Positions 28,310-38,578 of a stretch of DNA of 64,000 nt are shown piece after piece (the stretch's first letter is position 1; every line of letters starts with the position of its first letter). Source of the stretch: a virus; IMG/VR virus record IMGVR_UViG_3300048839_000188, positions 5,990 to 69,989 of that record; one strand, written 5' to 3'. The notes under the pieces were generated by a model. The model searched no databases. It saw only the letters and a program-made list of their open reading frames with translations, and had not been told where the DNA came from. A program made the translations under genes and the position numbers.

Positions 28310-29170
28310 CTATGCCTTAATTTCAGAGATAAATCGCAACGCATTCTTATAACTAGCATCCAAATTCGTCAAACCATCTCCAGCATGATTCACTTGGAAA
28401 ACTCCAATGGCAAATGTCTGTGGGTGATCCAGAATCGCTGGATACCACACACGATTAATATTGAATGGGGCCGCATATGTCTGAGCTAACTCCCACACTG
28501 AATGTGGTCCTGCGCCTTTTTCCCTGAACACTGGCAGAACAGGCATAATGGGCAAACTTGTAAATGCCCATGCTTGACGATAAACATCCTGCACAACAGA
28601 ACGGCTCACGTAAAGTGGATGATGATAAATGTTCAAACCCCACCATTCTTGGCCATCAAACTGCGGTGGAGCTACACCGCCACTCTCGGCCACTCCAATA
28701 CGCGGACATTCCCCACCAATTACTTCTGTCCACATCTTGCGGAGTTCATTGGCTCTCTTGGCCATCTCAGTAGCTAGCTGGAATCTGCTATTCCAACACT
28801 CATGGACGGTTTTATTCTTGAACATGGGCCAAAAAGGAGAATGTGGACTTCCAGCGTGCCCCAATCCAGGCAATCTGGACCAAAACTCATCATCGAACTG
28901 AATCAACTCACATTGCTCATGAATCTTGACTTCCTTGAGCCACTGAATCGCAATGCGCATATTGTCCCATGCGCCATCCTTATTGAACAGTCTATCCTCT
29001 GTGAGAAAAATAAACAAAGAAAACTTTGTCCCAGGATTCGCACACCAATGTATGACTTCCGCTGCATAGTCTGGCCGGCCAATCAGGTCTACGCTGACCC
29101 AACGACCCTTGATTCCAGCTTCCAGTGCCTCTTTCTGCGCATCCTCTACGAAGTGTCCATATAAAATCAT
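28310..29170 (-). CDS. hypothetical protein
   Basis: 286 aa aromatic-rich ORF in the operon. No recognised family. Confidence 0.6.
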   Translation of the reverse strand: MILYGHFVEDAQKEALEAGIKGRWVSVDLIGRPDYAAEVIHWCANPGTKFSLFIFLTEDRLFNKDGAWDNMRIAIQWLKEVKIHEQCELIQFDDEFWSRLPGLGHAGSPHSPFWPMFKNKTVHECWNSRFQLATEMAKRANELRKMWTEVIGGECPRIGVAESGGVAPPQFDGQEWWGLNIYHHPLYVSRSVVQDVYRQAWAFTSLPIMPVLPVFREKGAGPHSVWELAQTYAAPFNINRVWYPAILDHPQTFAIGVFQVNHAGDGLTNLDASYKNALRFISEIKA

Positions 29171-29176
29171 CTCTTA

Positions 29177-30250
29177 TTACTCCTCTTGCTTTTGTTGATG
29201 ATGATCTTTCCTTGGCTCATAGCCGCTAAGATCATCAGGATTCACCCAACATGCTTGATAATGTTCGCATTTCTTCTCCCACCCATACTGGAGACAAGCA
29301 TCTGGATTCTTCTCTACAGTGGATTCAAACAATTGATGGTATTCTTCTGAATCGTAGCCGTATTTATTACCGCACTCATCCAGCTTATAGATGAGCAAAT
29401 CCCACTCGCGCTCAGCGACGATTGTGGATTCTTTGGTCGCCAGCAAAATGCGAGATGTGGGCAGCAACAATCCAGATGTCAAATACAATTCATCCAGGAC
29501 ATTCGTCGAGATGGCCCAATTCATCCACCTTTTGTCATCCCACTCAACGATTGATACGAGTTCTTTTTTAGCCACATATGTGGGGCTGTAATCATCTGCA
29601 TCCACGCCGCTATTACCTATTTTGTAAGCTGCGACGAATGGACTTTTTTGTATCATCTTCTCGGAATTCCATTGACCTACGATGATAGCATCATAAATCA
29701 TACCCTCCACTAACTCATTGCTTCTCTCTTTTAGCCCCTGTATATAGAGTTGAGTCTGGTCCGAATGTGAATGACGTTCGCGCCAATTTAAATCCATAGA
29801 GCCGATGAATTTGAAATCAAAAATCGCCAGCCCACCTGAGGATTTTGAACGTAACACCCTGTCTAATCTGAACGGTAGTTCAACATCTGGGGCCATCTTC
29901 CACACCCAAGATTGTTCAGCACTCATCACATCGTATTCCTGGACAATCAGGGGCCATCTCTTGCGATACCAACCCAACATGGCGCGCTCACATAACTTCT
30001 GCTGCATAAATCTGACTGATTCAGGAATACTCTTGAACAACTCACCAACTAATGTGCGCCACTTTTCTAGCTGCCCATTGGATGCGAGTTCCATCAATTT
30101 GTGACCCGCTGTCCCACGGATGGCATCCAATTTGCCAAGCGACTCTCTTGGCACCATCCCGGTTTTGTTCTGATGATAAGTGCGGAACCTCTTCATCGGA
30201 CACGTCTTGCGCGCTACGATGGCGCTGCGACTTCTGTTTTGTCTGCTCAT
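29177..30250 (-). CDS. PD-(D/E)XK Cas4-like exonuclease
   Basis: CP, GTAGH, RLD...IFDFK, QTQLY and C-terminal Cys cluster. Confidence 0.8.
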   Translation of the reverse strand: MSRQNRSRSAIVARKTCPMKRFRTYHQNKTGMVPRESLGKLDAIRGTAGHKLMELASNGQLEKWRTLVGELFKSIPESVRFMQQKLCERAMLGWYRKRWPLIVQEYDVMSAEQSWVWKMAPDVELPFRLDRVLRSKSSGGLAIFDFKFIGSMDLNWRERHSHSDQTQLYIQGLKERSNELVEGMIYDAIIVGQWNSEKMIQKSPFVAAYKIGNSGVDADDYSPTYVAKKELVSIVEWDDKRWMNWAISTNVLDELYLTSGLLLPTSRILLATKESTIVAEREWDLLIYKLDECGNKYGYDSEEYHQLFESTVEKNPDACLQYGWEKKCEHYQACWVNPDDLSGYEPRKDHHQQKQEE

Positions 30251-30323
30251 CTTTTGTTATTTAGCCATTCCTTGTAGAAAAAGAACCCCAGTAGAAATGC
30301 GATGATGAAAAATGTGCCCCTAC

Positions 30324-30575
30324 TCAATGTTGAATCTCCACATCATCACTGTTGATGACGAATCTGAAACCATTCCCCAAAGACATCGTGTAATATTTGT
30401 GCTTATAGTATTCAGTCCACCTTCGACTCATTTCGTCTTCTTCCATCTCCAAAATGAGTCCAGCTTCTATTTTGTAGGGGAATTGTCCCAATTGGGCTTT
30501 CTTAATCCTTCCCTTCATCCTCACCCCGCACGAAGACATGAATCTTGCGCACATTCTTTTTATTAGTAGCCACAT
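30324..30575 (-). CDS. hypothetical protein
   Basis: Fits the operon. Start probably MKGRIK. Confidence 0.45.
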   Translation of the reverse strand: MWLLIKRMCARFMSSCGVRMKGRIKKAQLGQFPYKIEAGLILEMEEDEMSRRWTEYYKHKYYTMSLGNGFRFVINSDDVEIQH

Positions 30576-30696
30576 AATTCATGGAACCGTCCAAATCCTG
30601 CCAATGAAGGCCGAATGCCACATCATTCTCCACAAGCGCAGAGATATTGTCGAACTGTTCTACAGTGCCATTTTGCATTACAAATTTGATAGTCAC
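30502..30696 (-). CDS. hypothetical protein
   Basis: GGAGG RBS. Confidence 0.5.
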   Translation of the reverse strand: MTIKFVMQNGTVEQFDNISALVENDVAFGLHWQDLDGSMNYVATNKKNVRKIHVFVRGEDEGKD

Positions 30697-30850
30697 TATT
30701 CCTCCACCTTACGAATCACCTTATGAATTTTATAAAAGTCCATCATCTCTTCGCACTGATGATCGTAATCACATTCTGGACATATTTCGCATTTGCAATA
30801 TTCGCACAGAAAAATCCTCTGCGAAGTAGGATGTTCATGACATTCTTTAG

Positions 30851-31114
30851 TCACTGCTCACCCACTGGCTTCATACTGATGAAAATTTCAGACTGCTTGA
30901 CAGGATCGCGCCACATGACTTTAAGTGGCACTTTCAGGATATACTGTCCCTGCACATTATAAAAACAATCATCATGTGTTCTAATCCACAAATCATTATT
31001 GCCACGAAGAAGCGTCATTGGACCTCTTGATGTAAACCATGTGCTATATGGAAAAGTGTCTACTAATTTCTGAATATCATTATCATTTGTTGGTTTAACA
31101 GTTATTTTTGTCAT
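30851..31114 (-). CDS. hypothetical protein
   Basis: AGGAG RBS. Confidence 0.55.
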   Translation of the reverse strand: MTKITVKPTNDNDIQKLVDTFPYSTWFTSRGPMTLLRGNNDLWIRTHDDCFYNVQGQYILKVPLKVMWRDPVKQSEIFISMKPVGEQ

Positions 31115-31323
31115 TTCGCTCCTAATCCTTGGGCTCCCAATATTTGCCCTTTGGCCCGCACTCAGGCTGATAATTTAGGTCCATCTTCACAGTCGAACAA
31201 TATTTACCACCACGGCCATTTACAGGATTCACAAACTCTGGATGACAACATTTAGCATATTCTATTGCCGATTCATCCGGTAAGAAAGGATGAGGTTCTA
31301 TCCATTTACAATCCTTGCACAAC

Positions 31324-33327
31324 CTAATGTTTGGCGACCTTGGAGGCCCACTCGTCGATTCTCCTGATGGCCGTTGACTGGCTGACTCCATGTTTTGCAG
31401 CGAGGCGTTTTCCCAAATCGTTCTTGCTAATGCCGGGATGTTGGTCACTGATTGCCACAATATCCTTAGTCCACTCATCATCTTCTACTCCTTCTTGTTT
31501 ATGGCCCACGACCTTAATCAGATGCGTATGGGGGTCCTGTTCAATTTCCACGAACTCCTGCCCAATGGCACGGCCCTTATATGTGAGGCGTTTTTTTGTC
31601 AACCTCAAAATAGTGTCCATCTTTCCCGCAATATACGAAGCACCACGGTTCTGGTCCATCATATCGTCATGGCCCTCGATTGCGGCTAGACCATCTTTTC
31701 TTTGGTGACTAATGAGCACGATTGCTGTTGGGCTCCCCACTTCACCACGACATGCTTGAATGAGTCGCGCCACAACATTCCTCATGACACTGTTGTCGTT
31801 TTCATCACCCGAATGAACTTCTCTAAGAGTATCAATCACCACCAGAATAGGTTTGATCTTGTCCAGTTCATTCTTGAGCCACATCAATTCCGTATTATCA
31901 GGATTAACGATGTTGAATGGGAACTGTGGAATATTCCACATGTCAGCCATCCAGAACATCTCTGCGGCATTCTTATTTTTGAGCCTCTGAAGCATGGCCT
32001 TCGCACGGGACATCCACTCTTCTCGTGGCGTGTCAATTTGCAAATATGCTATTGGGCCATACTTGCATATTTCGAATCCCTCCCATGTCGATTTGCCATC
32101 AAGCATCGATTCGATGATAGATAACATCATATAGGAATTATGTGTAAGAACATTATTTTGTCCAACTACAAACAGTCCATCCTCAGCATCCACACTCAAA
32201 CACTTTGTTGTTTGCTGCTGAGGATGACATTGAATATTTGTAATCATCCTGTAACGTTCATTGATATTTAATTTGAATTTGTCAGCTTTTCGCTTCAAAT
32301 TGAATATTTGTTCATGTGCTCTCACACAAACAGTGTAGACAGTCCCACAATCTTTCCCATATAAGGTAGCTTTTTTCTCCCTCATATGTGCCTTGAACCC
32401 TAATCCATTAGCTAACTCCAGAACTTGATGCGCAAGAACCTGATTAGTATTGTAGAACTCAGCACTCTCACCACCCAAAGCATATCCATCAGTATCCATC
32501 AATCCCCGCAACAATTGCAATCTTTGCTGCTTGGAAGCAATCATGTATTCCAATGGAATATGCTTATTGTTCAATAATTGCATATCTTTCAACAGCATAC
32601 GGAGTCCTTTGACCCCATATGCGTATGGCGCTTTCCATTTCTTCACAGTCCATCCACTATTTGTCCATGCATCAACAATTTCTCGATCTGCTGATGTGAT
32701 GGCTCCTGTTGAAGATGTGCCATCACCTAACCATACACCTAAAAGGTATGGGTCTAATGACAAATCCTGTTCAGGAAACTCCAATGATTCCACAAGTGAG
32801 ACAGAATACTTTGGCCTCTCATATGGACCATCCTTTACAGTGATTCCTTTTTCCCACAATTCACTAGTTGACAACGTAACAGATGGCCCAATAGGTCTGT
32901 GTTGATTCACAGTCCATTCGTGCTCTTTATCACAATCCACATGTGTGCCATCATCGAATGTCACACGCATGATTGGTCTTTGTGTCCATGAGTATGTGCC
33001 TATGACTTCCACTGGTTTTCCGTCAGAGCCAAAGACACAATCACCCACTTGAATATCTGCTATTGTTTTCCATCCATCTGGTGTGAACAATTCAGTATTC
33101 AATGCCAGTGCTTTGCCCAGCTTCGGTTTTGCGTATAAGTTGACCATCCCACCGACTGGGATTAATTTTTTGACAATCCACTTCTGCGGGTCAGCGGGCA
33201 GTGAACAGTATTCCTCCAATGTCACAAAACGATAGGGATTATCATCACTTAGAGGCTGCGTTTGTGGTGGTGACTCAGTAGCATCAACGGCACCAACAAT
33301 ATCAGTGGCATCAACTGTGGTCATCAA
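31324..33327 (-). CDS. RepA/AAA_25-type replicative helicase with intein and C-terminal HTH
   Basis: Walker A AKPKLGK|S, Walker B VVIDT, DEND, ISHQRK and RGAS. Confidence 0.85.
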   Translation of the reverse strand: MMTTVDATDIVGAVDATESPPQTQPLSDDNPYRFVTLEEYCSLPADPQKWIVKKLIPVGGMVNLYAKPKLGKALALNTELFTPDGWKTIADIQVGDCVFGSDGKPVEVIGTYSWTQRPIMRVTFDDGTHVDCDKEHEWTVNQHRPIGPSVTLSTSELWEKGITVKDGPYERPKYSVSLVESLEFPEQDLSLDPYLLGVWLGDGTSSTGAITSADREIVDAWTNSGWTVKKWKAPYAYGVKGLRMLLKDMQLLNNKHIPLEYMIASKQQRLQLLRGLMDTDGYALGGESAEFYNTNQVLAHQVLELANGLGFKAHMREKKATLYGKDCGTVYTVCVRAHEQIFNLKRKADKFKLNINERYRMITNIQCHPQQQTTKCLSVDAEDGLFVVGQNNVLTHNSYMMLSIIESMLDGKSTWEGFEICKYGPIAYLQIDTPREEWMSRAKAMLQRLKNKNAAEMFWMADMWNIPQFPFNIVNPDNTELMWLKNELDKIKPILVVIDTLREVHSGDENDNSVMRNVVARLIQACRGEVGSPTAIVLISHQRKDGLAAIEGHDDMMDQNRGASYIAGKMDTILRLTKKRLTYKGRAIGQEFVEIEQDPHTHLIKVVGHKQEGVEDDEWTKDIVAISDQHPGISKNDLGKRLAAKHGVSQSTAIRRIDEWASKVAKH
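32137..33111 (-). mobile_element. Ala-initiated (class 3-like) intein, 325 aa, in the helicase Walker A motif
   Basis: GK|ALALNTELFTPDGW, HEW, LGVWLGDG, LRGLMDTDG, TKCLSV and VLTHN|S. Confidence 0.93.
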
Positions 33328-33468
33328 TATTCAACCACCACATCGATTAGACCATCAGGCCACTCAGTCGCATTGCCAGTGAAATACTGATACTTCGGCC
33401 CCTTCAAACTAATACTTTTCACTTTACTATTCTGTGCGCTCATTTGTGCTCCTTTGTGGAATCAACCA

Positions 33469-33867
33469 TTATACCACATCACGCGAAGGGAGATTTGTGA
33501 CGATTAGAAAATTTTTGAGCCCCTCTTTGGGGAACCCCTCTTTGGGTGGGAACTTTTTTCTATCGCAATATGATTTCTTATAAGGCCCATACATACAGGC
33601 CCCTAAGAATCTATCCCGGTCGAACCGAGGATTGGTTTTAGTGAATCTATCTGCCATAACTGAGGCAAACTGCACCATCAGTTCAATGGCGTCTATTTTC
33701 TGCTCAATAGTCAATGAGGGGCGATTGCGAAGAGCAATAATCTGGGTATGAAAATCCTCAGCAATCATCTCATAGTGTCTGCGCGAGAATGGTTTATTGA
33801 ACACTTCAATGGGCCTTTCTATTGGTGGTGAAAATCTGCGTCCGTCGTTGTCAATGTCATCCTCCAC
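33469..33867 (-). CDS. hypothetical phage protein
   Basis: R.HYE.IA ... NPRFDRDRFLGAC motif common in phages. Confidence 0.6.
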   Translation of the reverse strand: MEDDIDNDGRRFSPPIERPIEVFNKPFSRRHYEMIAEDFHTQIIALRNRPSLTIEQKIDAIELMVQFASVMADRFTKTNPRFDRDRFLGACMYGPYKKSYCDRKKFPPKEGFPKEGLKNFLIVTNLPSRDVV

Positions 33868-33874
33868 TGTTAAC

Positions 33875-33978
33875 TATGTCATCACATACATATTAAGTAT
33901 GCCTGACATAGTGGTGATTGACATAGGTAAAAGTCAATGTTTGCAACAACTTAACTATGTCACACCGATTTTGACACA
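33875..33978. repeat. cluster of five TGACAYA heptamers
   Basis: Copies at 33875, 33904, 33919, 33956 and 33972 in both orientations, intergenic. Confidence 0.7.
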
Positions 33979-34015
33979 GTTCATTGGATTTTGATTAGTC
34001 AAAATCACCCCACCA

Positions 34016-34276
34016 TCAATCAGTCTCCCAAGTCACATCAAATCTTACATCCATAAAAAGACATTGAGAGCATGGAGTCCACGATTCTCTGAGTTCCATT
34101 GTCTGTGGGTCAAAACATGTCGCTGAACTCCCATCGTTGACGATGCCCACTACTCTTTCATCACTCCATAAAAATGAGAACCACTTTCCTGTGGGAATAT
34201 CCTTACCCCGCATGTCCGCAACTTCGTTTGAACTAATCTTCAATCTCGCCATATCACACCATCCTTTCGTTGTCAA
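34016..34276 (-). CDS. hypothetical protein
   Basis: Fits the operon. Confidence 0.45.
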   Translation of the reverse strand: MTTKGWCDMARLKISSNEVADMRGKDIPTGKWFSFLWSDERVVGIVNDGSSATCFDPQTMELRESWTPCSQCLFMDVRFDVTWETD

Positions 34277-34733
34277 TTGAATATCGCCGCTTCATAATCT
34301 GGGACTGCATTTTGGCAATTGTCTCAACAGGCACATTGTGGACATTCCTCAATGATAGCTGCGATGGGCTCCAATGGTTATTGTAATCCATCTCGATGCG
34401 GACAACTTCATATTTCCACAACTGAGCCATCTCCTCATAGGGTTCAATGCTCCAGTTAGTGCAAAATGTGTTGCTAACAATCACAACAGGTGTGTCTGCC
34501 GCTAGAGCGCTTTGAACTACCTGCTGGCACCACTCGTGACTCTTTTTCACATTCTCCGCACGCCACTCATACTCTCCTTCTTCGTTGATGTGGAAATCAT
34601 CAGCTTCCACATGACACACATGGTCGCCTTCTCGGTCGTGGCCATCTGCAATCAAGTTGGCCAGTGAAGTCTTACCTGTTCCGGGGATACCGCTGATGAT
34701 GTAGAGTCTGCGCAGTTCATTATTCATAGTCAA
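34254..34733 (-). CDS. AAA_33 P-loop kinase (polynucleotide kinase-like)
   Basis: GIPGTGKTS, EADDF, VIVSNTF and RNVHNVP. Confidence 0.85.
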   Translation of the reverse strand: MTMNNELRRLYIISGIPGTGKTSLANLIADGHDREGDHVCHVEADDFHINEEGEYEWRAENVKKSHEWCQQVVQSALAADTPVVIVSNTFCTNWSIEPYEEMAQLWKYEVVRIEMDYNNHWSPSQLSLRNVHNVPVETIAKMQSQIMKRRYSIDNERMV

Positions 34734-35170
34734 TTGTCTCCTTTTGGAACAAACTCCTGGACATTCCCCAACTGTTGGGGATACTTGTTAATCGCCCCTG
34801 TGCTCAGGATGCGCATGTTGGGATCATCCGTGATATGTCTAATCGTATTGCACGTTGAACAGCCAACAAACAATGGCCCATCATAAAACTCAGGCCACGT
34901 CCATTCGAAAAAATTCCTCACACTCGGATGACATTTGCAGAATGAATTATCATCCCTAGATGGTCTGCGGTCCACATAGTTTGTTACATACTGCTGTGCT
35001 GCTGGTGGAAGGAAATCCAAATCACCCTCCTCATACCAGTGTGCTAGCTCACGATGGGATTCACGCTCCACATAAGCAATAATGCTTTCGATATTTTCCA
35101 TCTCCTTTGTGGTATCGCCCCAGTCTTCGTGCTGGACGAAATCTAATGGGGTTGATTCTGCTGTTGTCAT
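34730..35170 (-). CDS. hypothetical protein
   Basis: Fits the operon. CKC and CSTC motifs. Confidence 0.55.
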   Translation of the reverse strand: MTTAESTPLDFVQHEDWGDTTKEMENIESIIAYVERESHRELAHWYEEGDLDFLPPAAQQYVTNYVDRRPSRDDNSFCKCHPSVRNFFEWTWPEFYDGPLFVGCSTCNTIRHITDDPNMRILSTGAINKYPQQLGNVQEFVPKGDN

Positions 35171-35176
35171 CTCTAG

Positions 35177-35389
35177 TCAATCTCCCTTCCTGCTGTTGTG
35201 TTCGTCTTCGCAATTGGACCACCTTGAGGGCCAATCGTCTTCACCTGTTTGAGCCCACCACTCGGATTCTTCATCATCTACAACACGTTGCTTGTGCTCA
35301 TCCTCGCAATGTGGACAACGATACCAGTTCAAGTCAGTCCCATGGCCACATAGAAAGGGCCAATAGTAGCGTGAATCATCTGACCACAT
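35177..35389 (-). CDS. small acidic hypothetical protein
   Basis: Fits the operon. Confidence 0.45.
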   Translation of the reverse strand: MWSDDSRYYWPFLCGHGTDLNWYRCPHCEDEHKQRVVDDEESEWWAQTGEDDWPSRWSNCEDEHNSRKGD

Positions 35390-35392
35390 CTC

Positions 35393-35719
35393 TCAAGCAT
35401 CCTTGTTCTTCGTAGTGAGTTCCTTAATCTGCTGGTTGAGCTTGTAAATCGTCATCTGAGCCTCATTAAGCTTCATCTGGGATTCCTGATAGCTCTTGAC
35501 CCATGTCTTCTGATCTGGCGCATCCGGCAACGAAATAGAATCTTCTGGGACAATTACTACTGTGATATCCCCATCAGTGGCAGGGACATACTTCTTCTCC
35601 TGACCCCATCCATCCTCGCGCACGACAATCGCACCATCCAGCATCTTCAGAGCCTCATTGGCATACTTCGACTGGACCAGAATCCCACCATACATGTCAG
35701 TCTTGATATAAACGCGCAT
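35393..35719 (-). CDS. hypothetical protein with coiled-coil C-terminus
   Basis: GGGAG RBS. Confidence 0.6.
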   Translation of the reverse strand: MRVYIKTDMYGGILVQSKYANEALKMLDGAIVVREDGWGQEKKYVPATDGDITVVIVPEDSISLPDAPDQKTWVKSYQESQMKLNEAQMTIYKLNQQIKELTTKNKDA

Positions 35720-35756
35720 TTTCAGTCTCCCTTATTTGACAATCTACGTTGTTGAC

Positions 35757-36779
35757 CTACACTGTCACTAGCTGATTGATTTCCTTATGTGGCTTCTTCA
35801 AAAGAGCCATGACATAGTTCTTCGTCTGATTGTTGGCCCCAAACAACGCTGAATGGAGCGCAGATGCCTTTGCGGATTCCCTCTTCGCCTCCCTCACTCG
35901 ATGGTGATCGAAGTATTCTGTGAAGCCGTTCAGAATCGCCCACCCGGTTGCCATACCACGACCAATGTCAGCAAACTGTCCCTGCCCCTTGCCGTGGAAG
36001 ATTAGTTCCGCTACAGTGATTCTGCGTTCCTGGAGCTTCTTGCTCACATCACTGTCTGTAGATGGCAATGCGGCCTGGATGATATTACGAATCTGCGCAG
36101 TGTCATATTCCGTCGATGCCATCTGCTTGAATGTCTTACCCGATTCATGCATGGCAGTCATCATCTGCTCCAATGTGTCTTTTGCCACACGTAGCAGTTC
36201 CTTAGCTCCCTTCGTGTGGCGGATGCTCACATATGTCCTCTTGGAGGATGCCTCAGCCAATTCCATCGTGTTCGCGCACACAATACGCACAGCAGTTGCG
36301 AATGCAGTCAACGCAGCACTCCGGTCATGTGCATTGCGGATGCACATGAAACCATCAACAGGGTCACCATTGATGTCGAGAGCAGCATTGGGCATTGACA
36401 TGAGTGCCCATACCTGACGGCCATGCTTGATGGAGCCCATCACATTAATCCGACACCCTAGATCGATGAGATACTGCGCCAACTCGAATGTCTCGGACTG
36501 TTGGATTTCCTGATATCCATCACCCACCACTGAAAGTGGGAACTTCGAATCCGTCCTGATAATCCCCTTCCATTCATCGAATGGGATCACAGTGCCATCC
36601 TTCATCTGCCCATACAGTTTGATACCTTCTACGAGAAAATCCGTCCTGCTGTGCTGCATGGCAAGCTGGACATTCTTCTGCTGTTCTGGGGTCATTGGTT
36701 GGCCCAATCGATGCCACGCTGGTGAACCTGCAAAACTGAATGCTGCCATACCCGTTTCGAAATCGATTTGATGTGCCAT
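35757..36779 (-). CDS. DUF932 family protein
   Basis: MAHQI...PAWHRLG, NAHD.S, VRIVCANT, IRHT and GWAILNGFTEYFDH. Confidence 0.85.
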   Translation of the reverse strand: MAHQIDFETGMAAFSFAGSPAWHRLGQPMTPEQQKNVQLAMQHSRTDFLVEGIKLYGQMKDGTVIPFDEWKGIIRTDSKFPLSVVGDGYQEIQQSETFELAQYLIDLGCRINVMGSIKHGRQVWALMSMPNAALDINGDPVDGFMCIRNAHDRSAALTAFATAVRIVCANTMELAEASSKRTYVSIRHTKGAKELLRVAKDTLEQMMTAMHESGKTFKQMASTEYDTAQIRNIIQAALPSTDSDVSKKLQERRITVAELIFHGKGQGQFADIGRGMATGWAILNGFTEYFDHHRVREAKRESAKASALHSALFGANNQTKNYVMALLKKPHKEINQLVTV

Positions 36780-36942
36780 TTTCTTATACTCCTTCAGGAC
36801 GGTTGATGAAACGAACACTATTGCTGAACACAGAATACGTTGCTGGTTTAACATTCAATCGTGTCAATGCCTCATAGATAGCCTTCTCCAAGTGCTTCTC
36901 TGTAACTTCAACGGTGATTGTCTGTGGGATCATCTTATGCTC

Positions 36943-37128
36943 CTATGAACACGTCTTGATCTTACCATTAGGAGTGTATTCTACTGTGACTCCTGATGGA
37001 AACTGTAAATACGAGACACCATCTACACACGAACGTGAATATCCTGTGAATTTGGCAACCTCCCTGTTAAGATTACCACAACCTACGCACAGAATACTGA
37101 CTACTGCAACAAACAGAATCTTGTTCAT
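36943..37128 (-). CDS. small lipoprotein
   Basis: Lipobox CVGC, CVDGVSYLQF. Confidence 0.65.
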   Translation of the reverse strand: MNKILFVAVVSILCVGCGNLNREVAKFTGYSRSCVDGVSYLQFPSGVTVEYTPNGKIKTCS

Positions 37129-38453
37129 GAAAATTCCTCCATATCTGCTACTGAATCATCCAATTTGATGATGCCTTCGAGCACTTTGAATGCAAAACTC
37201 TTGTGCTTGAGCGCATACTGTTTGCCGTCTGGTGTCAGAACATGGACAATCACACCCTCCCGCAGATGGCTACTGTCTAAAGTCGATGGTCCCTCAACAA
37301 TAACCTCCAATCCCTTCTTCAGCAATTGGCGACAATTATCATTGTAGATGACAACAGGTCCGTCGTCTGCATATGAGGGTCCGTGATGCCATTGCCAAAA
37401 TTCTTGCGTCAACGACGGAACACATTCTATCTGGAGTTGGTGGCACCTTTTCCTAACCTGTGGGGGTGTTAATTCCACACATTGACCATCCTCGTTGAAC
37501 TGTAGGATGCGGTAACAATAGAACTTGCATTGTCCTGGTGATTGGCCATAGCTGTATGTAATCTTTGCTCCATAACGTTTGCTGATGTCGCTCAGTTCTT
37601 TGGGCACATCCACAGGGGGCATGATTGGTTGCTGTGGCGCGTGGAATCCGACGATTTCGCCATACAACACTTCGCCTTTTCGTGGTTCTACTCCCATAAG
37701 TGCTTTGAATCTGAATGCATCAGAGCCATAATATCCGGTTCCACTGGTGGCACCCAATATAACGTTGCGGGTCCCATGTTCCAAGGAGTATTGAATCCTC
37801 TGTGTGTGGCCCAATAGCCTGAGAAACCAATTCGTCGGCACAATCTGAGCCACGCAACCAAATCTGTGTGATGTGCCATGGAGTTTTTCTGTGATCCATA
37901 CCAGTGAGCCAAGCGGGATATCGTCTGAGCCGTAACGGAATTGTTCTGTGTCATAGTGTTTGGGGAATCCCTTCAATTCGCCCTTCTTAACAGTGCGCTG
38001 ATTCTGTTGGGCGACCATGAAAGTTTTGGTGGTGATATACTTATTGCAGATTGGAACCCCACCAGCCTCAGTGAACCTATCGCCCACACTCGACAGCAAA
38101 GGTGAATTTACATTGATGGCAAAACTTAATGCTGTGCGAGGAATCCAAAATCCCTCACTTTTTGCACCCCTGAATGTCTGTGCCCTCACTCGTCTGTTTG
38201 TGTCGAAGAATCCAACCTTATCGGACTCCGCTAATCCCAACTGCTGTCTGGCACTCTTCGAATACAATCCATTAGCTACAGCGAACTCGTGACTCAGTTG
38301 GCCATCGCAAGGAAAATAGATGCCAACATCACCCTCCTTTTGGTCGAGTCCTACAATTACTTGGTCGCCCCAACAATCCGCGATTTGTAGTCTGTCAGCA
38401 TTGGGATGCGGTCTAACGTTTCTCAACCCAGTCACAATCGCTGAGTAACTCAC
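37125..38453 (-). CDS. RNA ligase (DRB0094/Rnl-like family)
   Basis: HPNADRL N-terminus, TEKLHGTS, YGEIVG, REGVIV and ALKHKS. Confidence 0.85.
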   Translation of the reverse strand: MSYSAIVTGLRNVRPHPNADRLQIADCWGDQVIVGLDQKEGDVGIYFPCDGQLSHEFAVANGLYSKSARQQLGLAESDKVGFFDTNRRVRAQTFRGAKSEGFWIPRTALSFAINVNSPLLSSVGDRFTEAGGVPICNKYITTKTFMVAQQNQRTVKKGELKGFPKHYDTEQFRYGSDDIPLGSLVWITEKLHGTSHRFGCVAQIVPTNWFLRLLGHTQRIQYSLEHGTRNVILGATSGTGYYGSDAFRFKALMGVEPRKGEVLYGEIVGFHAPQQPIMPPVDVPKELSDISKRYGAKITYSYGQSPGQCKFYCYRILQFNEDGQCVELTPPQVRKRCHQLQIECVPSLTQEFWQWHHGPSYADDGPVVIYNDNCRQLLKKGLEVIVEGPSTLDSSHLREGVIVHVLTPDGKQYALKHKSFAFKVLEGIIKLDDSVADMEEFS

Positions 38454-38578
38454 CTTTTGTTCTCCTTCAATTGCTGCTTGGATTCTTTGGATTGTGTCTT
38501 CGTGATTCCATCCCTGTAGATGATTTTCTTGCCGCCCTTTTTCAGAATCCTATCCATTCCTTGGGTCCTCCTATGGGT

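Noticed and set aside
31122-31481. 119 aa ORF overlapping the helicase end
   Set aside because: Only the Cys-rich 3' part (about 31122-31330) is likely coding. The start could not be fixed, so it is not listed as a feature.
36805-36860. Two further CAGCA motifs upstream of the DUF932 gene
   Set aside because: No convincing closing stem, only weak GU-rich pairing.
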